From Promethearchaeia archaeon (GTDB taxonomy: Archaea; Asgardarchaeota; Lokiarchaeia; Sigyniarchaeales; SOKP01): a stretch of 32,000 nucleotides of DNA. This document shows, piece by piece, positions 1 through 7,795 of this stretch (position 1 is the stretch's first letter; each line of letters starts with the position of its first letter). The stretch lies in contig JAWOFX010000078.1 of assembly GCA_046497275.1 (NCBI GenBank), forward strand, positions 37,696 to 69,695. The letters are read 5' to 3'. Made by a program: the position numbers and the translations under genes. The notes below the pieces were generated by a model. It was not told where the DNA came from. It was given only the letters and a program-made list of their open reading frames with translations, and made no database searches.

Positions 1-2
1 AC

Positions 3-446
3 TCTTTCATCATCATAATACCCGAGCCTACATAATAATTCTAAGATAGCAGAATTATAGTTCGGAGAATATTGATTACCATAAATTCCTCGAAAATCTC
101 CCTCCTTAGTTTGAGTTTTAAATAAGAAATCAGCAGCCTTTCTCATAGGAGTGAAATAATTATTCATATCGAAGAAAGTAATTAGTTGTGCGACGTGACG
201 ATAAGTCTCTAACAATTCATAATTTGTATTAATTCCTTTATGTTGTTTTTTCCTTTTATCGGGCCAGGAACCATCATCTTGTTGATAACGAAGAATTTTT
301 TGAGCTCGATCAGTTTCCCATAAAGATTTGGGTGGTCTGCTACTTTTTTCAAGAAGATATTTTTCTACATGATATTGAACAAGCTCATCTTTAATGCGCA
401 ATAATGACGTGAGAGGGTTATATTTAAATTGTATTATCCATTTCAT
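3..446 (-). CDS. Prenyltransferase/squalene-oxidase (QW-like) repeat protein, 5' part only; runs off the window edge
   Basis: Not in the ORF track. Translated by hand from ATG at 446: MKWIIQFKYNPLTSLL...QKILRYQQDDGSWPD...KAADFLFKTQTKEGDFRGIYGNQYSPNY..., open to position 1. QQDDGSW and FLFKTQTKEGDF resemble QW repeats of alpha/alpha-toroid terpene-cyclase-like proteins. Confidence 0.7.
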   Translation of the reverse strand, partial: MKWIIQFKYNPLTSLLRIKDELVQYHVEKYLLEKSSRPPKSLWETDRAQKILRYQQDDGSWPDKRKKQHKGINTNYELLETYRHVAQLITFFDMNNYFTPMRKAADFLFKTQTKEGDFRGIYGNQYSPNYNSAILELLCRLGYYDDER

Positions 447-565
447 TTGGTTGCCCTACAATCTATAAGAAGAATTAATTATTATATTACTCTAAAGAAA
501 TATGAATTAAGAAATTTAATCATCATATTAATTGAAACAAATTAAAACACATCAAAAAATTACAT

Positions 566-1708
566 ATGTCGCATACGAGTAAATTAAACTATGCTTTGGT
601 GGGATACGGATTAAATGCTATGGGTCATAAGATGGAACTTGAGTCTCATCCACTATTAAAGGGTAGGACAAAATTAATTGCTGGATTTGATCCAGATCCA
701 GAGGCGAGGAAAAATTTAAACAATGAGGAGGGGATTAAGGTGGCCGAATCATATGAAGATCTTCTAGATACTTCTGGACTTCATGCCGTGTTAATTTGCA
801 GTCCTCCCCAATATCATGCCACACAAGCTATTGCTGCTTTAGAAGCGGGATATCACGTCTATTCAGAGATACCTATGAGCATTAAAATAAAAGATATTGA
901 AAAAATAATTGAGGCTGAAGAAAGCTCAAAAAAAGTATATCAACTAGGAGAGAATTATTGTTTTTATCCCGAAGTTCTTTATGCGGGTTATCTTGCTTCT
1001 TCTGGAAAGATTGGACCATCTGTGTATGCCGAATCAGAATATTTACATGATATTACATATAGATGGCGAGAAAGTTGCCGAGGGGGAATAGAAACCCCAA
1101 GAGTAGATTCATGGTATCAATTATTTGATCCTTTAATGTATGCCCATTCAATTGGTCCTGCTCAAGCAGCATTAGGAGGGATCGATAGTCCTATGCCATT
1201 TATTGAGGTTGTAAGTTATGCGAATGATATTGGAGGATATGAAGGCTCTCCCATATGCAGTCCAGCAAAATCTTTTCATGTAGGCTTATTCAGAACTGAA
1301 TCAAATGCTATCGCAAAGTGTGCCAATGCGTATGTTTTTGCTCGTGAACCGACGAGAATTACAATTCAGGTAGTTGGAAGATTGGGAACATATGAATGCT
1401 ATGAAATTGGGAGCCCTGGTAGACTCTTTCTGGCAGAGGATCATGAAATAACTAGATCTCGTCATAGAAAAGGCAAGTCAAGAACCGTAGACAAAGAAGC
1501 GCTTTCTGAAGTGATTGAACCAGTAGAAGGATTATATTATGGTGGTCAAGCCCGGATTGTTGACAATTGGCTGACATCCATCGAGAAGAATAAAGAATCA
1601 CTGCTTCATGCGAAATTTGGAGCTAATTTCTGTCATTCTGGAATAGCAGCGTCAAAATCAGCTCAATCGGGGGGAAAAAAAGAAAAAATCAAGATATACA
1701 CACAATAA
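566..1708 (+). CDS. Gfo/Idh/MocA family NAD(P)-dependent oxidoreductase
   Basis: N-terminal Rossmann motif ALVGYG; ICSPPQYHATQAIAALEAGYHVYSEIPM corresponds to the family's H...A..GKHV..EKP motif, with EIP in place of EKP. Confidence 0.85.
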   Translation: MSHTSKLNYALVGYGLNAMGHKMELESHPLLKGRTKLIAGFDPDPEARKNLNNEEGIKVAESYEDLLDTSGLHAVLICSPPQYHATQAIAALEAGYHVYSEIPMSIKIKDIEKIIEAEESSKKVYQLGENYCFYPEVLYAGYLASSGKIGPSVYAESEYLHDITYRWRESCRGGIETPRVDSWYQLFDPLMYAHSIGPAQAALGGIDSPMPFIEVVSYANDIGGYEGSPICSPAKSFHVGLFRTESNAIAKCANAYVFAREPTRITIQVVGRLGTYECYEIGSPGRLFLAEDHEITRSRHRKGKSRTVDKEALSEVIEPVEGLYYGGQARIVDNWLTSIEKNKESLLHAKFGANFCHSGIAASKSAQSGGKKEKIKIYTQ

Positions 1709-1755
1709 ATTATTAAACTTATTTTCTCATAAATCAAAAATTTGTTTAGAAAAAT

Positions 1756-2757
1756 TTAATTTTTTTTATGTTTATTTAGGATATTATCAGGTAAGTGGAT
1801 TGCAAATTTACATTCTAATGCCCCACTAAGTGCAGTTTTTACTGGTTCTACGTTTATCGGTTGTTCTAAAATTTGATCCCAATAAAGTTTATACCAACCT
1901 GCACTGCAATGACAAAAATCTTCAGTAATTTCCTTTTCAGTGCCCTCTTTTAATGCGCCTCTTATCCAAGGACAATAGCATAGGAAATATTTTTTCATTC
2001 GTTCATCTTTGGCATTGAGAAATTCCCTCATTTGGTAAGGTAATTTTGAGACATATATGATATTTCCCTCTCTAATACCTTCAGCAATCATCTGATTGTT
2101 TTTTACTATTTCTATAATTTCCTCATCAATTTTTTGAGCGAATTCTAAAGTTCCCTCATCTCTATGTTTCTCGAGTCGTTCGATTAAAATTTTATGTTTG
2201 TGTTCCAAAAAGCCATCAATCCCCAATTCTTTAAGAAGCTCTTTATCCCCCTCAATATCATCTGGAGGGCGCCCATGTAAACATGGCGATAGAAGGTCAA
2301 TGATTTTTTCATCATCAAGTTTGTCTTTAAGTCTTTTTAAAATCTCTTTAGTAAATTTTGGTTTCTTTTCAGGATGAGTTCCCAGTGGAGGGATGGTCAA
2401 ACCATTAAAAATTTCATCTCTTAGAGTCTCTCCGTGGAAATCTGCTACCCTCAGAAACAAATTATCCATCGCATTATAAGATTCACTAATATCTATTACT
2501 TTAGTAATAAATTCATATTTTTTCGAAAAATTTCCATAGTGAATTATTGCCCTAAGGAAATTTAAAACAGATTCTCTCTCTGATAAGAGAAGGTATTCAG
2601 AATAGTCATAAATTGTATCTGGTTGAGTTTTTTCAAGGGTTAGACCTTTCTTAGAGAGAAATTTCTCATAATTTCTTATGGATTTAATAAATTTCTTGAT
2701 TCTGTCACTCTCAATTTTTTCCTTTATCAAATACTTTTTAAATTCTTTTTCATCCAT
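1756..2757 (-). CDS. Hypothetical protein: helical N-terminal domain plus Cys-rich DUF6144/V4R-like C-terminal domain
   Basis: 333 aa ORF. C-terminal motifs CLHG, YFLCYCPW, FCHCSAGWYK, CKFAIHLP match the DUF6144/V4R-like pattern as I recall it. Confidence 0.55.
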   Translation of the reverse strand: MDEKEFKKYLIKEKIESDRIKKFIKSIRNYEKFLSKKGLTLEKTQPDTIYDYSEYLLLSERESVLNFLRAIIHYGNFSKKYEFITKVIDISESYNAMDNLFLRVADFHGETLRDEIFNGLTIPPLGTHPEKKPKFTKEILKRLKDKLDDEKIIDLLSPCLHGRPPDDIEGDKELLKELGIDGFLEHKHKILIERLEKHRDEGTLEFAQKIDEEIIEIVKNNQMIAEGIREGNIIYVSKLPYQMREFLNAKDERMKKYFLCYCPWIRGALKEGTEKEITEDFCHCSAGWYKLYWDQILEQPINVEPVKTALSGALECKFAIHLPDNILNKHKKN

Positions 2758-2818
2758 AATTAATCTAATAATTAGATATTATAGTAAAAATATTATTATT
2801 TTAGATATAAGTCAGTTA

Positions 2819-3391
2819 TTACTTCATATTTTTAATCTGCGGATATCTAAAGCAATAGGTAAGATGATCATTGACCATACCAACTGCTTGCATATAAGCA
2901 TAAATTATAGTTGGTCCAATAAATTTAAAGCCTCTTTTCTTCATTTCTTTACTTATTTTTTCCGATAAGAGTGTTTTGCTTGGAATTTCATCTAATGATT
3001 TCCAATCGTTTTGGAGCGGTGAATAGTTCACATATTTCCAAATATAATTATTGAAACTACCAAATTCTTTACGAATCTTGATGAAATTTTTAGCATTATT
3101 AATTACCGATCTAATTTTGAGCTCATTTCTGATGATTCCCTTATTAGTTAATAATTCCTGTACTTTTTTCTCATCATAAGATGCTATCTTTTCAAAGTTA
3201 AAATTATCAAATGCTTTCCGATAATTCTCTCTTTTCTTTAAAATAGTAATCCAACTTAAGCCCGCTTGAGCTCCTTGTAGAATAAGTTGTTCAAATAAAT
3301 TAACATCGTCATGAATTGGAACTCCCCACTCTTCGTCATGATAAATCTTCATAAGTTCATTATTATTTGCCCATTTGCATCTATCTACCAT
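2819..3391 (-). CDS. tag: DNA-3-methyladenine glycosylase I
   Basis: RCKW, YHDEEWGVP, LFEQLILQGAQAGLSWITILKKRENYRKAF, IIRNELKI, GFKFIGPTIIYAYMQAVGMVNDHLTYCF are hallmark Tag motifs. Confidence 0.97.
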   Translation of the reverse strand: MVDRCKWANNNELMKIYHDEEWGVPIHDDVNLFEQLILQGAQAGLSWITILKKRENYRKAFDNFNFEKIASYDEKKVQELLTNKGIIRNELKIRSVINNAKNFIKIRKEFGSFNNYIWKYVNYSPLQNDWKSLDEIPSKTLLSEKISKEMKKRGFKFIGPTIIYAYMQAVGMVNDHLTYCFRYPQIKNMK

Positions 3392-3536
3392 ATTTATCGT
3401 AATATAAAAATAATCTATGATTCTTATTTATTATTGATTAATTTTTGAAGTTAAATTATCTCAAAATACTTTTAAATTTAAACTTAAATATTCTCACTTA
3501 TATACTTCTAATAGTTAAAATCAATTTATTTGGATA

Positions 3537-4247
3537 TTGAAAATGGCATTAGACCCGATTGTAATAATTAATGGTGTTTCTAGTTTAATTTTTGTGATAA
3601 TTTGTATCTTAGTTGGTATTTTTATCATAGGCAACTATTTTCAACATAAAAATAAAAATTTGATATATGTTGGATTAGCTTGGATAGGATTGTCTGAACC
3701 TTGGTGGTCTTCCTCGTTCTCTTTTGTAGTCGCTCTTTTTAATGATTCAGGTCTTAGTAATGAGATTTATCTTTTTATTGGAAATGCATTTCTCCCCATT
3801 TTCGTATTATTTTGGTTAATAGCAATGGGGAATCTATTAGATTGGAAATGGAAAAAATATATTTCATTAATATATTCTATTGGTGCTATTATATTTGAAA
3901 TGATCTTCATATACTTTCTTTTCACCGATTATACTATCATTGGTAAAAAGGTTGGTCCCGTTGACATAGATTTTGAATTGATTACTATATTGTTTCTTTT
4001 TGTAAATCTATTATTATTTTTTGGTTCAGGAATATGGTTTGCTGTAAATTCTTTAAAGTCTGATCAGGAACGATTAAAATTAAAAGGTAAATTTCTCTTA
4101 AGTGCATTTATTATTTTCTTAGTTGGAACCGCCTGGGACATTATCGCAACCAATATCTTTACACGATTACTACTGGTTATTAGTGCTGTTATTTTCTATA
4201 TAGGATATATTTTACCTCCTAAAATAGAAAATTTCTTTATAAAATAA
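3537..4247 (+). CDS. Multi-pass membrane protein (about 7 TM), unknown function
   Basis: Roughly seven hydrophobic segments; the start could be TTG 3537 or ATG 3543; a T-tract follows the stop. Confidence 0.7.
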   Translation: MKMALDPIVIINGVSSLIFVIICILVGIFIIGNYFQHKNKNLIYVGLAWIGLSEPWWSSSFSFVVALFNDSGLSNEIYLFIGNAFLPIFVLFWLIAMGNLLDWKWKKYISLIYSIGAIIFEMIFIYFLFTDYTIIGKKVGPVDIDFELITILFLFVNLLLFFGSGIWFAVNSLKSDQERLKLKGKFLLSAFIIFLVGTAWDIIATNIFTRLLLVISAVIFYIGYILPPKIENFFIK

Positions 4248-4259
4248 CAAATGAACTCA

Positions 4260-4276
4260 ACTTTCTTTTTTTTTAT
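4260..4276 (+). terminator. Oligo-T tract, probable archaeal terminator
   Basis: ctttcttttttttt about 15 nt after the stop of 3537..4247. Confidence 0.45.
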
Positions 4277-4515
4277 TAAATTAGAATGGTATAAATGAAG
4301 TAGACAGATTGATTTAAAAAATAAGACTATTTTCCTTTTAGCTGACTTGCTTAAAATGTGAAAATAAAATTTAAATAATATAGACTAAATTTAAAAATAA
4401 TATTATATATTTCAAAAAAAAGATATTATCTCTATTAGGTAAAAATTAAGAACAGTGATCTTCTTTAATGGTACTTGAAAGTTCTTAATTTTAAAAATCA
4501 GCCAAAGTAAGAATT

Positions 4516-5325
4516 ATGAAAACTGTTGTTGTATTATGTTTACCTCGTACGGGGTCTAGTCTTTTAGCTGGTATTCTGCATCGACTGGGTATCAGAATGG
4601 GTTCAAGTATGGATTTAGTGCGAGGAAAACATGCAAACAAATATGGAGCTTATGAGAATCAAGATTTTTTCAGAACTAATATTAGAATTCTCGCATTGGC
4701 AGGAAGTCCAACTTTAGCATGGGCAGACATCCCTGATGCAAAAAAAGTGAAAACTACATTCCAAAAATTTGAACTCAAGATTCAGCAAATAATTCATAAG
4801 CATGAACGCGAGCTATGGGGGTGGAAAGATCCCAACGTTATCTATACTCTTCCTTATTTTGAAAAGTATTTGGAAAATCCTCATTATATTGTTTTAAAAC
4901 GTGATATTGAAAGTATAGTAAAATCTCACTTAAAATTATCAAAATTTGGGAACTGGAACAATGTCATTTCATATTATATGAATTATATGAATATAAAAAC
5001 AGTTTTCTACTTTTTTTGGTATATTTTTAAGTATTTTATTTCTAATATTAACGTATTTAATAATGAACAGATTTATCGAGAAGTTACGACAAAAGGATAT
5101 GAGAAAATTGAAGAATTTGTAAAAGATAAAAAGCATATGGAAATATATTTTAATGATTTAATCAACAATCCTACCCAAAGGATTAATCAGATTGTTGAGT
5201 TTCTCGATATTGAACCCACAAATCAGCAATATAAGAATGCGAAAGTTTTTATTGACAAAGATGAGGTTCATTTCCGTAAAAAACCGAAAAAAAGATTCAC
5301 TCGGAAAAAAAAATGTATTGGTTGA
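4516..5325 (+). CDS. PAPS-dependent sulfotransferase family protein
   Basis: 5'-PSB loop CLPRTGSSLL, WGWKDP motif, 3'-PB-like VLKRDIESIVKS, and IYFNDLINNP near the C-terminus. Confidence 0.85.
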   Translation: MKTVVVLCLPRTGSSLLAGILHRLGIRMGSSMDLVRGKHANKYGAYENQDFFRTNIRILALAGSPTLAWADIPDAKKVKTTFQKFELKIQQIIHKHERELWGWKDPNVIYTLPYFEKYLENPHYIVLKRDIESIVKSHLKLSKFGNWNNVISYYMNYMNIKTVFYFFWYIFKYFISNINVFNNEQIYREVTTKGYEKIEEFVKDKKHMEIYFNDLINNPTQRINQIVEFLDIEPTNQQYKNAKVFIDKDEVHFRKKPKKRFTRKKKCIG

Positions 5326-5501
5326 GATGTCATAAGTTAGGTAAATACAAAATTTTAGATTGATTCAAAATCTGTTAATCTATTTTTAGAGTATTTAGGG
5401 CATTTATATTTTAGAAATAAAGATTAGGATACCAGTAAACTTTAAATATAATCTTATTAGATTTTATAATCGAATCCAATTAAAAAAGAAAATAGGAAAA
5501 C

Positions 5502-5984
5502 ATGACTCAAAATTGGAAAATTGGTTTAATTGCTGGAATTTTAGGTATAATGGCATTCTTCATTCCATTATGGATTATGATTATTGTAGCGGAACCCTCC
5601 CTAGGTGATATAAGACTATATCCATATAGCGTATGGTATTGGGGTCTGGAATTATTACTTGGAACTGGAAACATTAGAATTGATCTGACAATCGATATAT
5701 TTGCGTTGCTAACAGCAATTGTTTGCTTATTTTTGGCTATAATTTCTTTAGTTCTGTCTATTCAAGCTAGAAGATCGGGTATAATAAACGCACTGCTATG
5801 GTTGATCATTGGTCTGATATTAATTATTTTTCCTCTTGGTGAATTAATATATGATTTTATTGCGATAGGTGATGAACCCGTATCTCTCGGAGGGGATTAT
5901 AGTTTTATTCCAATACCTTTCGCTCCAATATTTCTCATAATTGCAGGAATAATCGATATGTTCATCGGATATAAAGCAAGATAA
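5502..5984 (+). CDS. Four-TM membrane protein, unknown function
   Basis: 160 aa with four hydrophobic stretches. Confidence 0.7.
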   Translation: MTQNWKIGLIAGILGIMAFFIPLWIMIIVAEPSLGDIRLYPYSVWYWGLELLLGTGNIRIDLTIDIFALLTAIVCLFLAIISLVLSIQARRSGIINALLWLIIGLILIIFPLGELIYDFIAIGDEPVSLGGDYSFIPIPFAPIFLIIAGIIDMFIGYKAR

Positions 5985-6178
5985 ACCAAATGAATTATTA
6001 AGAATATTTTTTAGTTAATATTTAAAAATGCGTTAGAAAAGTCCTTTTTAGTTCATTTAATCTTTATGAAGAGGATTTTGATTCGTTTATGTCTAATTAA
6101 TGAAGCTTTAATTTCATAATTTCTTAAGAATCAGGTTTAGTAGACTTTAGGTTGATTGTGGTTATTGGGTCACAGTTA

Positions 6179-6207
6179 TGTCACGGAGTGGTGACAACAT
6201 TTAAATA
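6179..6207 (+). promoter_or_regulatory. Palindrome TGTCAC-N6-GTGACA abutting a TATA-like TTTAAATA upstream of actin
   Basis: Perfect 6-bp inverted repeat at 6179-6196 followed by tttaaata at 6200-6207, in the 410-bp intergenic region before actin. Confidence 0.4.
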
Positions 6208-6394
6208 TGATTATTTCTAGTTCTTAATTAGGAAAAATTTTATTAATCAAATGGAAGGTTTAGAATTGAGAATTTTATTAACTCTATTCCATACTCCGTT
6301 TGTATAATAAGAGATTTTAATTAAGTCTCGAGTAAGAAAGCTTGAGAACAATATTAAATATATAAAATAGAAAAATAATAAGTGAGGAATAAAT

Positions 6395-7534
6395 ATGGCT
6401 GAAAATGAACATTTAGGAAAGCCTCTTGTAATAGACAATGGGACAGGCATCTCTAAGAACGGTTATGGGGGTGAGGACCAACCGCGTTCAGTGTTTCCTA
6501 CCGTTTTGGGAAAACCAAAATATGGAAATATAATGATGGAATTGAAAGATTTTGCACGAGAATGGTATGTTGGTCAAGATGCGATGGAAATGAAGGGTGT
6601 GATGAAATTAAACTTTCCTATATCCCACGGAAAGGTTATGGATTGGCCTGCTATGGAGCGTATTTGGCATTATACGTTTTATTCAGATTTGCGAGTGGAT
6701 CCTTCTGAACATCCAGTTTTACTAACAGAAGCTCCTTTAAATCCAAGAGATAATAGGGAAAGAATGGCAGAAACGATGTTTGAAACATTCAATGTCCCAG
6801 CATTTTATATCGCAACTCAGGCAGTTCTTTCTTTATATTCATCAGGGCGCACCACTGGAACAGTAATAGATATAGGTGATGGAGTTTCTCATATCGTTCC
6901 AATTTACGAAGGATTTGCGCTAAACCACGCGATTGAAAGAATCGATCTTGCGGGAAGAGACATAACCAGATATCTAAAAAGATTGTTAAGACAAAAAGGA
7001 GTTTCGCTCACCACTTCCGCTGAAGTTGAAATAGTAAGAGAGATTAAAGAAAAACTTTGTTATACTGCTATAGATCCAGAAAAAGAGATCATGCTCTCGA
7101 AAAAAATCGCAGGAATGGAAAAAGGATATATGCTGCCTGATGGTGAGACTATTACTGTGGGAATAGAGAGGTTTTTAGCACCAGAAGCTCTCTTTAATCC
7201 CACGGTTATTGGTAAGGAATTGGAACCATTAGATGATTTAATTGTGAATTGTATTAATGAATGTGATTTAGATCTAAGGAGAGATTTATTTAGTAATATT
7301 GTATTGTCCGGAGGGTCAACTATGTTTCCAGGATTGAAAGAGCGACTTACCAAGGAAATTAAGGAGCAAATCCCTGAATCGGTAGATGTAAGAATTATAG
7401 CCCCACCCGAAAGAATGTATTCCGTATGGATTGGTGGGTCAATTTTAAGCTCTTTGAAGACTTTCAATCGAATGTGGATAACTCGGCGCGAATATAAAGA
7501 AATGGGGCCACAAGTTATTCATCGATGTTTTTAA
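6395..7534 (+). CDS. Asgard actin (lokiactin-type)
   Basis: All actin signatures are present: VIDNGTG, PVLLTEAPLNP, FETFNVPAFY, QAVLSLYSSGRTTG, DIGDGVSH, DLAGRD, EIVREIKEKLCY, LPDG, IVLSGGSTMFPG, APPERMYSVWIGGSILSSL, and the C-terminal IHRCF. The His73-equivalent is in PISHG. Confidence 0.97.
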   Translation: MAENEHLGKPLVIDNGTGISKNGYGGEDQPRSVFPTVLGKPKYGNIMMELKDFAREWYVGQDAMEMKGVMKLNFPISHGKVMDWPAMERIWHYTFYSDLRVDPSEHPVLLTEAPLNPRDNRERMAETMFETFNVPAFYIATQAVLSLYSSGRTTGTVIDIGDGVSHIVPIYEGFALNHAIERIDLAGRDITRYLKRLLRQKGVSLTTSAEVEIVREIKEKLCYTAIDPEKEIMLSKKIAGMEKGYMLPDGETITVGIERFLAPEALFNPTVIGKELEPLDDLIVNCINECDLDLRRDLFSNIVLSGGSTMFPGLKERLTKEIKEQIPESVDVRIIAPPERMYSVWIGGSILSSLKTFNRMWITRREYKEMGPQVIHRCF

Positions 7535-7551
7535 CCCTCTAATCTATGCAA

Positions 7552-7561
7552 TTTTTTTTTT
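7552..7561 (+). terminator. T10 tract after actin
   Basis: Ten consecutive T, 18 nt after the actin stop. Confidence 0.5.
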
Positions 7562-7594
7562 ATTAATTAAAAAATAAATGAAGAGGTGTATTGA

Positions 7595-7795
7595 ATGGTA
7601 AAAATAAAAATTATTGATGGTATTCCATGTATTATATTAGAAGAAGATTTAGAAAATAAAAATAATAAATTTATTGAATGGAAAGAAAGAAATAATATGG
7701 CTTTTTTTTTCGGTATAAATGAAACGGATTCATTAAGAGAAGCATTAAAAAAAATTAAAGATAATTTAGATAAAAACACCACTAAAAGAAGATAA
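7595..7795 (+). CDS. Small hypothetical protein (66 aa), translationally coupled to the next gene
   Basis: GAGGTG RBS at about 7583-7588; its TAA overlaps the next ATG (TAATG at 7793-7797). Confidence 0.65.
   Translation: MVKIKIIDGIPCIILEEDLENKNNKFIEWKERNNMAFFFGINETDSLREALKKIKDNLDKNTTKRR

Noticed and set aside
1756-2757. Integrase or mobile element
   Set aside because: No R-H-R-Y catalytic residues, att sites, terminal repeats or transposase nearby.
4330-4420. Short AAATTTAAA(A)TAATAT direct repeats
   Set aside because: Low-complexity AT-rich intergenic DNA; no regular spacer pattern, so not CRISPR or an iteron array.
5260-5325. CaaX prenylation signal on the sulfotransferase
   Set aside because: The Cys is third from the end (CIG), not fourth.
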